A DNA stretch of 64,000 nucleotides from Myxococcales bacterium. GTDB taxonomy: Bacteria; Myxococcota_A; Polyangia; Polyangiales; DASUME01. The first letter of the stretch is position 1. Each line of letters starts with the position of its first letter. A program made the translations under genes and the position numbers. Below, one piece after another: positions 54,401 through 64,000 of the stretch. The DNA is taken from the NCBI GenBank assembly GCA_047601445.1, contig JASGJH010000001.1, positions 1,440,001 through 1,504,000 of the forward strand, in the 5' to 3' direction. The notes beneath the pieces were generated by a model that was given only the letters and a program-made list of their open reading frames with translations, had not been told where the DNA came from and did no database searches.

Positions 54401-54581
54401 ACGACATGGTCTCGGCGCTGGCGCCGGGCAGCGTGGTGGAGACCAGGACGGTCGGATAGTCCACCTGCGGCAGCGCGGCCACGGGCAGCTCGCGATAGGC
54501 GACCAACCCCGCCAGCAGGAGTCCGATGGTGAGTAGCGTGGTGGCGACCGGCCGCCGGATGAACGGCTCGGAGATGCTCAC
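51447..54581 (-). CDS. mdtB: RND efflux permease MdtB-like
   Basis: FIRRPVATTLL, LPVAALPQVDYPT, ERNFGQMPSL and GFVVDDAIVM motifs; GTG start at 54581. Confidence 0.92.
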   Translation of the reverse strand: MSISEPFIRRPVATTLLTIGLLLAGLVAYRELPVAALPQVDYPTVLVSTTLPGASAETMSSAVTVVLERNFGQMPSLTQMTSVSSFGSSQITLQFALDRSIDAAEQDVQAAINASSNLLPSTLPAPPTYSKSNPADAPILTLAVSSDTLSLNQVDDYADSILAQKLSQVPGVGLVTINGGQKPAVRVRVDPLALAGSGLSLEDVRQALVAANINQPKGNIDGPRQDYTLATNDQLYDADSFKPLILAYSNGSALRLMDVAEVVDGVENAQLAGWNKHQRAIILNVNRQPGANVIAVADGVRKLLPQLGASLPPAINVSIVSDRTETVRASVEDVQFTMVLTVFLVVAVIYLFLRSLRATIIPGVAVPLSIVGTFGVMYLCGYSLNNLTLMALTISTGFVVDDAIVMVENISRFIEEGERPFEAALKGAKQIGFTIVSLTVSLIAVLIPLLFMGGIIGRLFREFAVTLSIAVAVSAVLSLSLTAMMCGQLLRPEGEAPVGRLGRWSEGAIAWMLRTYESGLKWVLDHRGLTLAVTIATAVLTGLLAVLVPKGFFPVQDTGLLAGVSEAAPDVSFQRMLELQRQLVDVVLADPAVEDVASFIGADGTNPTTNSGRMSITLKPREQRAASASEVIARLSDKLESVKGIRLYLQPVQDLQIESRTSRTQYQYTLEDADSAELLTWAPRMLEKLRTLPQLSDVASDQQSGGLGVSIKIDRDTAARLGVTPQAIDDTLYDAFGQRIVSTIFTQLNQYRVILEVKPEFQFDPEALRHIYVHSSDGGQIPLSAFTRFVSEPVPLSLTHQGQFPAVTLSFNLAPGVALGDAVQVVEQAGQEVGLPSSIHADFSGSAQEFRSSLASEPVLILAALITVYIVLGVLYESYIHPITILSTLPSAGVGALLALMICREDFGIIALIGIILLIGIVKKNAIMMIDFALEAERERGMSPRDAIYEACLLRFRPIMMTTMAALFGGLPLALGTGTGSELRRPLGISIVGGLLISQLLTLYTTPVIYLYMTRVQAWAARMRGGKSDPLVEGAPHTEGRGEA

Positions 54582-55828
54582 GGGGACTTCCTGGCAGGTC
54601 CCGCATCTGGACCAGGGGGCTGCCTGTCCGGCGGCGGCCCCGCGTCGGAGCGGGTTGGCGGGCTCGGCTTGTCCGAGGCCTGGCGTGGCTCGACCTTGGC
54701 GTCCGGGCGCAGCTGGTTCTGCCCCTCGATGACGACTTCCTCGCCCTCCCTGACACCGCTCTTCACGAGGGTCACCGCGCCCAGCGCGAGCCCCACCTCG
54801 AGCGGCCGAGCTTCCACGGTGTGATCGGGCCGCACGACGTACACGAACAACCCTTGCGGGCCCCGTTGCACCGCCACCGTGGGCACCAGCAACGCCTGAG
54901 GCTCCACGCTCACGTGCAAGCGCGCCTTCACGAACTGGTTCGGCCAAAGCTTCTGCTGCGCGTTGTCGAACAGCGCCTTGAGGCGGATGGTGGCGGTGGT
55001 CTGGTTGATCTGGTTGTCGATCACGAGCAGCTTGCCCGTGGCCAGCACGGTCTTGCCATCGCGGTCGAGGGCGTCCACCTGCAGCGGTTCCTTGCCGCCC
55101 ATCTCCTGGGCGATGCGCGGCAGGTCGTCCTGGGGCAGCGTGAAGAGCACCGCGATGGGATCGAGCTGGGTCAGCACCACGATGCCGCCGGTGTCGGTGG
55201 CCCGCACGAAGTTACCCGGGTCCACGATGCGTACGCCGGTCACGCCGTCGATGGGCGAGGCGATGCGGGCGTAGCTCAGGTTGAGGCGAGCCGAAGCCAC
55301 CTGGGCGCGGTCCACCTGCACGTTGCCCTCGTACTGTCCGAGCAAGCCGCGGGTCTCGTCGAGCTGTTGCCGAGCCAGGTACTTTTGGCCCGTCAGCTTC
55401 TCGTAGCGCGCCACGTCCAAGCTGGTGCTGGTGAGCAGGGCTTCGTCGCGCTTGAGGTTGCCTTCGGCCTGCTGGAGTTGAATCAAGTAGGGGCGCGGAT
55501 CGATCTGCGCCAGGACCTCGCCGGCCTTCACGCGCTGGCCTTCGGTGTAGAACACCTTCTGCAGCACGCCGTCGACCTGGGAGCGCACGGTCACGGTCTT
55601 GTACGCCGTGACGCTCCCCAGTCCCTCGAGGTCGATGGGCACATCCCGCCGCTCCACCAGCGCGGTGGCCACCACGGTGGGTCGCTTCTGCGCCGCTCCC
55701 TTGGCGTCGGGGCTGGCCGGCTTCCCGTCGGCGCTCGCGCCGGGTTCACAAGCTGCAGCACCGATCAGGGCCAACAGCAGCGCGAACCTCGCCGCGCGCG
55801 TGGCCTGCTTTCCTCGCGTCTCTCCCAA
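54578..55828 (-). CDS. mdtA: RND membrane-fusion protein MdtA-like
   Basis: LGSVTAYKTVTVRSQVDG, IDPRPY, IDNQINQTT and LWPNQFV motifs. Confidence 0.92.
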   Translation of the reverse strand: MGETRGKQATRAARFALLLALIGAAACEPGASADGKPASPDAKGAAQKRPTVVATALVERRDVPIDLEGLGSVTAYKTVTVRSQVDGVLQKVFYTEGQRVKAGEVLAQIDPRPYLIQLQQAEGNLKRDEALLTSTSLDVARYEKLTGQKYLARQQLDETRGLLGQYEGNVQVDRAQVASARLNLSYARIASPIDGVTGVRIVDPGNFVRATDTGGIVVLTQLDPIAVLFTLPQDDLPRIAQEMGGKEPLQVDALDRDGKTVLATGKLLVIDNQINQTTATIRLKALFDNAQQKLWPNQFVKARLHVSVEPQALLVPTVAVQRGPQGLFVYVVRPDHTVEARPLEVGLALGAVTLVKSGVREGEEVVIEGQNQLRPDAKVEPRQASDKPSPPTRSDAGPPPDRQPPGPDAGPARKSP

Positions 55829-56144
55829 AGCCCCCTAAGCCTACACAACTGGGGCGCGCAGGCCGAGCCGCTGAATGTGAAGGACAGGTAAAGAACCCGG
55901 CACGAGGCCTCAAATGCGGCAGTTTTTCACGGCGTTTCGCGGCGTGAGGCGATTTTCCCCTAGGGGGTATCCCTAGTTCCGGTGCGCGTCAGGGCGCGGA
56001 TTTCCGTCGCATCGCGAGCGCGCCCGCAGGCTCGACCTGAAGGTCGGGCCGAGGACGAAAGCCGCGATGCGGGGAAAGGCGCGATGCTGGCGTGCGCCGG
56101 AATTAGGGACGCCCGGACGCCCCCTAGCTAGGACGGGGCGGATG

Positions 56145-57188
56145 CTACTTCCCTTCGAACGGCTTGGGCACCCGACTCGCCCCCTGGCGCTCGAACATCC
56201 AACCCGGATACTCCGCCGGCAGCGCACTCACCGCGTCCAGCGTGGCGAGCTCGTCGGCGCTGAGGCTCAGGCCCGTGGCCGCCAAATTGTCCTCGAGCTG
56301 CGAGAGGCTCTTGGCACCGATGATGACGCTGGTGACGAAGGGCTTGGCCAGCACGTAGGCCAGCGCCACGCGGGCCACGGAGACGTTTCGGCGCGTCCCG
56401 ATCTCCCGCATCGCCGCCACGCAGGCCCAGGCCCGTTCCTTGTTCACGGGCGGGAAGTCGAAGCTCACACGGCGCGCGCCCTCGGGTCCCTTGGCATCCG
56501 GTCCGAACTTGCCCGACAGCAAGCCGCCTGCCAAAGGCGACCACACCAGGAGGCCCAGCTTCTCCTCGCTGAGCATGGGCACCAGCTCGCGCTCGAGGTC
56601 GCGACCGGCGATGGAGTAGTAGGCCTGCAGGGTCTCGAAGCGCGCCCAGCCGTGACGCTCCGCGCTACCGAGGGCCTTCGCGATCTTCCAGGCGGCCCAA
56701 TTCGATACACCGACGTAGCGCACCAGACCCTGGCTCACGAGGTCGTCCAGGGCGCGCAGGGTCTCGTCGATGGGCGTCACGGAATCGTTGGCGTGGATTT
56801 GATAGAGGTCGATGTGATCGGTCTGCAGACGCTCGAGGCTCTTCTTCACCGAGTCCATGATGTGGCCGCGCGAAGCCCCGCGGTTGTTGGGTTGGGGCCC
56901 CATCTCGCTGAAAACCTTGGTGGCGATCACCACGTCTTCACGGCGCGTGCCGACGTTCTTGAGCGCCTGCCCAAGCAGCTTCTCGCTGAGGCCGAACGAG
57001 TACACGTCGGCGGTGTCGATGAAGTTCACGCCCGCCGCCAGCGCTCGACCCACGATTTGGTCCACCTCGTGCTGCTCGAGCTCGCCGACCACCCGCCAAA
57101 AGCCGCCTTCCTTGCCGCCGAAGGTCATGGTGCCGAGGCAAATCTCGGAGACGAACAGACCGGTACGACCTAGCTGCTTGTATTTCAT
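56145..57188 (-). CDS. Aldo/keto reductase
   Basis: LGRTGLFVSEICLGTMTFG, DTADVY, IATK, TDHIDLYQIH and WSPLAGG motifs. Confidence 0.95.
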   Translation of the reverse strand: MKYKQLGRTGLFVSEICLGTMTFGGKEGGFWRVVGELEQHEVDQIVGRALAAGVNFIDTADVYSFGLSEKLLGQALKNVGTRREDVVIATKVFSEMGPQPNNRGASRGHIMDSVKKSLERLQTDHIDLYQIHANDSVTPIDETLRALDDLVSQGLVRYVGVSNWAAWKIAKALGSAERHGWARFETLQAYYSIAGRDLERELVPMLSEEKLGLLVWSPLAGGLLSGKFGPDAKGPEGARRVSFDFPPVNKERAWACVAAMREIGTRRNVSVARVALAYVLAKPFVTSVIIGAKSLSQLEDNLAATGLSLSADELATLDAVSALPAEYPGWMFERQGASRVPKPFEGK

Positions 57189-57292
57189 GGCCCTCTCCCA
57201 CTCGCTTCGCGCCCACCCAAGCACGGGCGCAGAGTTCGAGTCTAGCCCGGCGTCGAGTTGTGTCGGGGACGGGGTTCCGCCAAGCTCTCGAG

Positions 57293-57871
57293 ATGCGACT
57301 GTGCGTTTTCTGCGGTGCAAACCCGGGCGCGCGACCCGCGTATCGGGCGGCGGCCGAGGCCTTCGGCGCACTGCTCGCCCGGCATGGCGTCGAGTTGGTG
57401 TACGGCGGCGCCGCGATCGGATTGATGGGCAGCGTGGCCGACGGCGCGCTCGCGAGCGGTGGTCATGTGATCGGCGTCATCCCCCAGGCGCTTACCTCCA
57501 AGGAGGTGGTGCACCGCGGCTTGCCCGACTTGCGGGTGGTGGGCTCCATGCACGAGCGCAAGGCGTTGATGGCGGAGCTGTCGGACGGCTTCGTCGCTCT
57601 ACCAGGTGGAATCGGCACGCTCGAAGAGCTGTTCGAGGTCTGGACCTGGTCGCAGCTCGGACTGCATCGCAAGCCCTGCGCGTTGCTCGACGTGCACGGC
57701 TTCTACGGCGGCCTGGCCAGCTTCATGGATCACGTGGTCGCCGAGGGCTTCCTCAAGCCCGTGCACCGGACGGCCCTGATCGTGGAGTCCGATCCCGAGC
57801 GTCTGCTCGAGCGCATGCGCGCGTACCGCCCCGAGCCCGTCACCAAGTGGATCGAACCTTCGGATAGCTGA
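57293..57871 (+). CDS. LOG family (TIGR00730) phosphoribohydrolase
   Basis: CVFCG, LVYGG..GLMG, MHERK and PGGIGTLEE motifs. Confidence 0.93.
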   Translation: MRLCVFCGANPGARPAYRAAAEAFGALLARHGVELVYGGAAIGLMGSVADGALASGGHVIGVIPQALTSKEVVHRGLPDLRVVGSMHERKALMAELSDGFVALPGGIGTLEELFEVWTWSQLGLHRKPCALLDVHGFYGGLASFMDHVVAEGFLKPVHRTALIVESDPERLLERMRAYRPEPVTKWIEPSDS

Positions 57872-57977
57872 GGCAGCCGCAGCTCGCCGCTCACGAGCCG
57901 GCACGGCAAAAGCGACTACCTACGAGTCCTCGGTGTCGGCCAAACGGCGCACCGAGCTCAGCTCCGAAAGGTACAAG

Positions 57978-59141
57978 ATGCGCAAATGCTCGTGTGCGTG
58001 CGTGTTTGGTTCGTGCGTGCTCGCGGCGCTGCTGACGAGCCCCCTGCTCATCCTAGAGAACCCAGCTCACGCCGCCCCGGCAACGCCACCACAAGACAGC
58101 ACTTCGCTCCAGGCAGCCATCGACGCGCTCGTGAGGGCCCCCGAGGGGCCTGCGGGCGTCATCGTGGTGATCGACAACGGGAGCTCGACCCGCGTCCAGA
58201 CCGCTGGCGTCGCCAGTACGGGGACCAAGCCCCCTCCCACCGCGGACGGACACCTGCGCGTGGCGAGCCTGACCAAGGCGATGACCGCCGCGGTCGCGCT
58301 GCGCTTGGTGGAGGAAGGGACGCTTCGCCTGGGAGACACGGTGGGAGATTGGCTACCGGAGCTGCCCGCCGCTTGGCACGACGTCAGCTTGCTGCAGCTG
58401 CTGAATCATACGAGCGGCGTGCCGGACTTCGCCAAGAACCCAGCCGTTGCCAAGGCGATCAGCGAATCCCCCACGGTGGCCCCCACGCCCTCGGAGATTT
58501 TGGCCTATGCCGGCAACACCACCGATTTCCCTGCCGGAGCGCGCTACGAGTACTCCAACTCCAACCCCTTCATCACGGGCCTGATCATTCAGGCGGCCAC
58601 AGGAAAGCAGTACGAGGATGTGCTGCGCGCGGAAGTACTCGAACCGCTCGGCATGAAGGACACCTATCTACCTGCGTTCAACGATCCCAAGGTACCCGCT
58701 CCGGTCACGCGAGGTTACCAGGTCGACGACGGCCAGCGCGAAGACGTCACGGAGCTGGTCGCCTTCGGCGGCTGGGGCTGGTCTTCGGGCGGCGTCGTCT
58801 CGACGCCTGCGGACCTGACCAAGTTCGTGCGGGGCTACGTGGGCGGTGAGCTGTTCGGTGAGACCATTCAGGAGACCCAACACGACTCGATGCAGCCGGG
58901 CAACTCGGATCCCGAGGGGCCCGGACGAAACAGCGCGGGCGCCGGGCTGTTCACCTATCAGACCCGCTGCGGCATGGTGTACGGACACACGGGATCGGTC
59001 CTGGGCTACACCTTGTTCATGGCGGCCACCGGTGACGGCGAGCGCTCGGTGGCATTCGCCGTTACGACTCAAATCAGCGACAACATGGTGTCCCAGCTGC
59101 GCGTCGCGCAGGAGCTGGCGGTGTGCGCCGCGCTCGAGTGA
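57978..59141 (+). CDS. Secreted serine hydrolase (beta-lactamase/DD-peptidase family)
   Basis: SLTK, LLNHTSG, YSN and GHTG motifs; signal peptide. Confidence 0.9.
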   Translation: MRKCSCACVFGSCVLAALLTSPLLILENPAHAAPATPPQDSTSLQAAIDALVRAPEGPAGVIVVIDNGSSTRVQTAGVASTGTKPPPTADGHLRVASLTKAMTAAVALRLVEEGTLRLGDTVGDWLPELPAAWHDVSLLQLLNHTSGVPDFAKNPAVAKAISESPTVAPTPSEILAYAGNTTDFPAGARYEYSNSNPFITGLIIQAATGKQYEDVLRAEVLEPLGMKDTYLPAFNDPKVPAPVTRGYQVDDGQREDVTELVAFGGWGWSSGGVVSTPADLTKFVRGYVGGELFGETIQETQHDSMQPGNSDPEGPGRNSAGAGLFTYQTRCGMVYGHTGSVLGYTLFMAATGDGERSVAFAVTTQISDNMVSQLRVAQELAVCAALE

Positions 59142-59153
59142 CCGCGCCCGCGC

Positions 59154-60137
59154 TCAACAGGCGCCTGCGGCCTCCTGCGTCAGCGTGAGTGAGCGCAAGC
59201 GCTTCTCGTGCTCGAACAGCTGGCAAGTGAGGATCACCTCGTCGGCGCCTGTGCGCGCGACGAAGTCACTCAGGCCGCGCTGCACGGTCTCGCGGGAGCC
59301 GACCACCGAACACTGCAGCGCATGCCGCAAGAGCGCGCGCTCCTCCGCGCTGAGCCTGGGCTCCAGGTCGCGCACCGGCGCAGGCAACTTGCGCGGGCGG
59401 CCGCGACGCAGGGCCACGAAGGCCTGTTCGATGGACGAAAAAAGATAGCGAGCTTCGTCGTCGCTGTCCGCCGCGATCACGTTGAGCCCCAGCATCACGC
59501 GCGGCTCGGGCTGCTGGGCCGACGGTCGGAACTGGGCGCGATAGAGCCGTACGGCCTCGTCGAGCTGCGCCGGTGCGAAGTGGGAAGCGAACGAGAAGGG
59601 CAAACCGAAGCGTGCCGCGAGCTGTGCCCCGAACAGGCTCGAGCCCAGAATCCACAGCGGCACCTGGGCCCCCGCGCCGGGCACAGCCTGCACCTGGGCC
59701 CCCGGGTCGTCGCGAAACCAGTGCATGAGCTCCCCCACGTCCTCGGCGAAGCGGTCGGCGCTGCGTGGGTCCCGGCGTAGCGCGTGCTGCGCCAACAGAT
59801 CCGAGCCGGGCGCTCGCCCGAGCCCGAGATCGATGCGCCCGGGAAACAGCGCCTCGAGGGTTCCGAACTGCTCCGCGATCACGTAGGGCGCGTGGTTGGG
59901 CAACATGATGCCGCCCGCGCCCAGGCGAATACGCGAGGTCCCGCCGGCCAGGTGCGCGATGACCACGGCGGTGGCGGCGCTGGCGACGCCAGGAAAGTTG
60001 TGGTGTTCGGCGAGCCAGAAGCGCGTGAACCCGAGACGCTCGGCGTGCTGGGCGAGTTCGAGCGAATTGCGCAGCGCCTGCGATGCCGTGGCCCCTTCCA
60101 CGATGGGCGACAGGTCGAGCACGGACAAGGGAACCAT
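59154..60137 (-). CDS. LLM-class (luciferase-like) flavin-dependent oxidoreductase
   Basis: [37 protein letters not shown] and FASHFAP motifs. Confidence 0.93.
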   Translation of the reverse strand: MVPLSVLDLSPIVEGATASQALRNSLELAQHAERLGFTRFWLAEHHNFPGVASAATAVVIAHLAGGTSRIRLGAGGIMLPNHAPYVIAEQFGTLEALFPGRIDLGLGRAPGSDLLAQHALRRDPRSADRFAEDVGELMHWFRDDPGAQVQAVPGAGAQVPLWILGSSLFGAQLAARFGLPFSFASHFAPAQLDEAVRLYRAQFRPSAQQPEPRVMLGLNVIAADSDDEARYLFSSIEQAFVALRRGRPRKLPAPVRDLEPRLSAEERALLRHALQCSVVGSRETVQRGLSDFVARTGADEVILTCQLFEHEKRLRSLTLTQEAAGAC

Positions 60138-60229
60138 GGGCACTGGTCGCGAGCCCGCTATCCGGCGTTACGCCAGGGCGGCTGGCCGAGGTTGGGCAAA
60201 CTCCGAGAGCTCATCTAGGCTTGACCGCG

Positions 60230-61396
60230 ATGTCTCCCCATCGACTCAGGGCTCCCTTCCTCGAAACGCATCTCACCGCGGGCCGACTCGTCGGCGCCCT
60301 CTCGGTCACGCTGCGGCGCTCAGGCATCGTGAACATCGGCTGCCACGGCGTACGCGACCTCGACACCCGTGAGCCGGTGGGCCCCGACACGGTCTTCCGT
60401 TTGCACTCGATGTCGAAGCCCCTGACCGCGCTCGCGCTCCTCGTGCTGTGCGATGAACGGGGCATCCCGCTTTCCACCCCGGCCAGCGAATTCGTGCCTG
60501 CGCTGCGGGAGCTGCGCGCCTTCGACGCACGCGCCGGCGCGGCAGCCCCGCCGATCACGCTGCACCACCTGCTCACGCATACCTCGGGCCTGCCCTACCC
60601 GGATCCCACCGGGTCACCCGCGGAACGCAGCCTGGCCCGGGCCATCGGCGACATGATGACGGAACCTCACGGGCTCTCCCTGGCCGAGTGGACCGAGCGC
60701 GTGGCCCGGAGCGAGCTAGCCCACGCGCCAGGCGCGGGCTTCACCTACGGCATCTCCATCGATGTCGCAGGTCGCATCGTCGAGGTCCTGGCCAACGCGC
60801 CCCTCGACGAGACCCTGCGAACGCGCGTGTTCGATCCGCTGGGCATGCTCGACACGGGGTTCGCGTTGTCGCCAGCGCAGAGCGCGCGTCTTTCGCGTGT
60901 GTATCATTGCGTGGGGCCGGGCGAGTTCAAGCACGTGCCCGAGTCGGTGGAAGAGCCGCGCTTCCTGTCGGGCGGTGGACGCATCTACTCCACGGGACAT
61001 GACTACGCGCGCTTCTGCCGCATGCTGCTCCATGGCGGCGTGCTCGACGGGACGCGCGTGGTGACGGAGGCCATGCTGCGGGTCAGCGCGGAGTGTCAGC
61101 TCGGTGGCCTGCGTGATCTGCCCGGCATGCGCAACCACCGCGACCTCGGGCTGGGGGCCAGCTTCGGCTTGCTCGGTCGCGTGATCGTGGAAGCCGGCGA
61201 GAGTGACTATGGCGCCCGCGGAACGTTCGGCTGGGACGGCGTCTGTGGAAACACGTTCTTCGTCGACCGGGCGACCGATCTGGCTTCGATTCTGCTCACC
61301 CAGATCCTCCCGTGGCCTGCAGATCTGCACCGCGATTTTCGTAGATGGAGTTACGCGCAGGCCTCAAGCGTGGCAGATCTCCTCAGTGGATCGTGA
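60230..61396 (+). CDS. Cytoplasmic serine hydrolase (beta-lactamase-like esterase)
   Basis: FRLHSMSK, LLTHTSG, FTYG and FGWDG motifs. Confidence 0.88.
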   Translation: MSPHRLRAPFLETHLTAGRLVGALSVTLRRSGIVNIGCHGVRDLDTREPVGPDTVFRLHSMSKPLTALALLVLCDERGIPLSTPASEFVPALRELRAFDARAGAAAPPITLHHLLTHTSGLPYPDPTGSPAERSLARAIGDMMTEPHGLSLAEWTERVARSELAHAPGAGFTYGISIDVAGRIVEVLANAPLDETLRTRVFDPLGMLDTGFALSPAQSARLSRVYHCVGPGEFKHVPESVEEPRFLSGGGRIYSTGHDYARFCRMLLHGGVLDGTRVVTEAMLRVSAECQLGGLRDLPGMRNHRDLGLGASFGLLGRVIVEAGESDYGARGTFGWDGVCGNTFFVDRATDLASILLTQILPWPADLHRDFRRWSYAQASSVADLLSGS

Positions 61397-61552
61397 GTCG
61401 TGTCGATTTCGATCCGTCGTCCCGTCCAGCCAGATCCGAAAGCGTGCAGTCTCGCTGCGATTCGCCGCTGAGAACGTGTCCTTTTTGAAGCCCAGGCTAG
61501 GTGCTGGCGCGTGTCTTGCTCTTTGTGCGAGCAACCCCCTGGAGAACACACC

Positions 61553-62521
61553 GTGAATCAGACCCATCCACAGGTCTCGCCTCTTTCTCGCTCCTCAGGT
61601 CCGTGGGGAGCCCTCTTCTTGTTGCTGACAAGTTACGGGCTCGTGTTGCTCGCCCCAGTGGCCTTTCAGTCACTGCGATTGGCGGCAGGCGGCGTGGCAC
61701 AGCCCGGGCTGGAGCTCGGTGGAGCCGGCATGCCGCACTGGGTCCCGGTGGCCCTGGCCATCGGCCTCTCGCTGTCGGGCGGTGCCGCCATGGTCACGGT
61801 GCTCAAGCGCCTCGTGAGCGAGCTCGAGTTTCACCCCTACGCGGGCGTGGCCGCCGCCTTCGGCGTGCTCATGGGCAGTGCCCTGATCGCGCTGCGTGCG
61901 CCCTTTCAGCTGGGCAGCTTGAACTCGGGCGTCTGCGCGGTCCTGTGCCTGCTGGTGTCCGTGACGGGCGGCGCGCTCTCCCTACGGCCTGGCTTCGCGG
62001 CGGGCGCAATGGGGGGGGTAATCGCGCTGGCTCCCGCCCCGCTCCTGGCCTTGCAGTTCTGGGCTACCTCCGAGCAAACAGGCAGCTTCCAGAGCCTGCT
62101 GAGCGCCATGCATCACGCGGACCGCACCTTCATGGGCCTGACCGCGCTGTTCGGCTTGCTCTTGTGGTTGGTGGCGCTGTCGAGCCGCGCCGTCGCCAGC
62201 CGACGACTCGAGCACGAGCTCGCCATCCCGCTCACGCGCCGGAAGCAACCCGTCATGGACACCGGAAGCGAGCTCGCGCTGGCGCCCACCGTGCTCAATC
62301 AGCCCCAGCTTGCCGCCGCGCTGGCGATGCCGGCGCCGGTGGGTCCCAACGATCCGACGGAGCGCTTCTCCGTGTGGAGCTTCCACGATGCGCCGCCGCG
62401 GCCAGAGGACTTCGAGTTCCCGGAACTGCGCTTGCGCCGGAGCAGCCTGTGGTGGGCACTCGCCGTAGTCTTCGCGTGCATCAGCGGACTCGCGGCCTAT
62501 CTATGGGTGCTCTCGCGCTGA
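61553..62521 (+). CDS. Hypothetical multi-pass membrane protein
   Basis: About 6-7 hydrophobic segments; GTG start after GGAG; no family recognised. Confidence 0.6.
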   Translation: MNQTHPQVSPLSRSSGPWGALFLLLTSYGLVLLAPVAFQSLRLAAGGVAQPGLELGGAGMPHWVPVALAIGLSLSGGAAMVTVLKRLVSELEFHPYAGVAAAFGVLMGSALIALRAPFQLGSLNSGVCAVLCLLVSVTGGALSLRPGFAAGAMGGVIALAPAPLLALQFWATSEQTGSFQSLLSAMHHADRTFMGLTALFGLLLWLVALSSRAVASRRLEHELAIPLTRRKQPVMDTGSELALAPTVLNQPQLAAALAMPAPVGPNDPTERFSVWSFHDAPPRPEDFEFPELRLRRSSLWWALAVVFACISGLAAYLWVLSR

Positions 62522-62533
62522 GCACCATCGGGT

Positions 62534-64000
62534 TCACTGCGCGTTGCGCTGGAGGTTCCAGCTCACGCGCAGCTTGCTCATGTACTCGTCGTACAGGACT
62601 TTCTCGAGCGTGCCGCTGAGCGTATCCGGGTGCTCCGGATCGAGCGTGCCTTCGTAGTAGGTCTCGCTCACGGACTCACTCGACTCCAGCTCCCTGGTAC
62701 CAGAGTCATCCAGCACCTCGCCGCTGCAGAAGTGGGTGTACTTGTCCACCTTCACCTCCTGGCCGGCCAGCGGGATGTACGCCGCATCCACGCCGATGCT
62801 GTACTCACCGTCGTCGCCGACGTACACGTCGCCCGCCACGCTGCCCTCGTAGTGACCGATGTCCCAGCTCGCGATGGAGTACTCGAACAGGTGGCGCAGG
62901 ATCACGGGTCCGCCTGCCTGACAGATCTCGTGGACCTCCTTGCGCATGCTGCCGTCCTTCTCGTAGGAGACGTCCGAGATCTGCTGGAACGTGAGCTCGG
63001 TGCGGTTGCCATCGCGCTTGGTCACGCCGGTCACCGTGAACACGGTTTTGTGGCTGTAAGTATGGGTCTCGGAGCCCACGTAGCCGCTCTGGCCCTGGAC
63101 GGTGTGGCTGCCCCCGACTTCGTAGGCAATCGTTCCGGTCCACTTGGCCGAGTCGTCCTGCACGCGCACGTTGGAGACCAGGATCTGCGTCCCGAAGAGT
63201 TCGGTGACGGTGTCGCGCACGGTGACCGAGATGGCGACGGGATTGCTCGCGGGCGCGCTGCGAGGCGGCGTGTAGATGGCCCTGCCGCGCTGCTGCGACT
63301 CGCGGATGGTACCCACGCTTTCGTCGCCGCCAAGCACGCCGTTCACCGTCCAACCGTAGGCGATGGCGCTGAGGGACTCCTCGGACTCGCAGTCGTAGCC
63401 GAAGCTCACGCTGACGCCGTCCTCGCTCTCCTCGCTGGGTTCCAGGCAGCTCATGACGCGCAGCTCGATGGCTTCACCGATCTTCACTTCGCCCGAGACC
63501 GGCAGCAACGTGGCGCCCTTGATCAGCGACCAGTCGCTGAAATGGTCCGACGTCACGCGCACGCTGTGGGCGGCCGCGTCGAGCTCCACCTTGCGGTAGG
63601 CTCGCCAGATCCCCGCCTCGTCCTGGTAGGCCACACGCAAGAGCTCGGCGGACGATCCCAGTACGTCGGCGTCGTCGTACTGGAAGCCGATGCTCACAGG
63701 CTTCACGAAGTGAATCCCCGCAGGGCTGAGGCGAAAGCTCTTGCCCGTGTGCTGTGGGGACGTCGCCGCCACCTCCTGCACCCCGATCAGCTGCGGCTCG
63801 CTCAGCGCGCCCGCCGGAATGACGAGACTCAAGCGACCGTCACCCGAGTGCAGCTCGCCTCCTTCGGGGCCGACCATCTGCTGCAGCGCTTCACCGAGCG
63901 GATCGCCGTGCGCGACAGGCCCCGCGGACGGCCCTTGCCCCATGCCGTTGTCGACGTCGTGGAGGGGGCCACCGGCGCCTCCATCACCGCACGCCACGGC
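62534..64000 (-). CDS. Lipoprotein with ZU5-like N-terminal domain (5' end outside the window)
   Basis: AVACGDGG lipobox at the edge; VGPEGG...LVIPAGAL...FRLSPAG..F.KPV...HFSDW motif. Confidence 0.7.
   Translation of the reverse strand, partial: AVACGDGGAGGPLHDVDNGMGQGPSAGPVAHGDPLGEALQQMVGPEGGELHSGDGRLSLVIPAGALSEPQLIGVQEVAATSPQHTGKSFRLSPAGIHFVKPVSIGFQYDDADVLGSSAELLRVAYQDEAGIWRAYRKVELDAAAHSVRVTSDHFSDWSLIKGATLLPVSGEVKIGEAIELRVMSCLEPSEESEDGVSVSFGYDCESEESLSAIAYGWTVNGVLGGDESVGTIRESQQRGRAIYTPPRSAPASNPVAISVTVRDTVTELFGTQILVSNVRVQDDSAKWTGTIAYEVGGSHTVQGQSGYVGSETHTYSHKTVFTVTGVTKRDGNRTELTFQQISDVSYEKDGSMRKEVHEICQAGGPVILRHLFEYSIASWDIGHYEGSVAGDVYVGDDGEYSIGVDAAYIPLAGQEVKVDKYTHFCSGEVLDDSGTRELESSESVSETYYEGTLDPEHPDTLSGTLEKVLYDEYMSKLRVSWNLQRNAQ

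Overview
High-GC bacterial chromosome segment, most likely from a myxobacterium (Myxococcota). This is inferred from many Cys-rich/DAG-repeat lipoproteins, a Hanks Ser/Thr kinase, hybrid kinases and a DUF2378-like protein. It carries about 50 CDS. No rRNA, tRNA, CRISPR array or transposase was recognised. Housekeeping and metabolic genes include glyA (preceded by a ZMP/ZTP riboswitch), pfkB-pckA, clpP, mdtABC plus a convergent TolC, an orphan E1 alpha/beta pair, and SDR/LysR, AKR, LOG, LLM and serine hydrolase genes. Two loci stand out. (1) A cobalamin-riboswitch operon (13010-20165) encodes a His-rich YncE/YVTN beta-propeller lipoprotein, an exported membrane-anchored CobN-like (BtuS/HmuS-type) chelatase with no ATPase partner, an ExbB/MotA-like protein, a DUF2149 protein and a BtuM-type B12 transporter. 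It is a candidate periplasmic corrinoid/cobalt salvage machine with no TonB-dependent receptor in the operon. (2) A split-barrel (PNPOx-like) protein and a PNPOx-GAF-winged-helix regulator (4224-6103) lie convergent to a dihaem cytochrome c / delta-60 lipoprotein operon. A shared 11-bp-periodic direct repeat occurs upstream of both operons. Also found: a hidden, internally deleted 5'-3' exonuclease pseudogene, a long hexamer-repeat palindrome, and four +1 frameshifts that are probably sequencing errors. All family assignments come from motif recognition by eye; no database searches were run.
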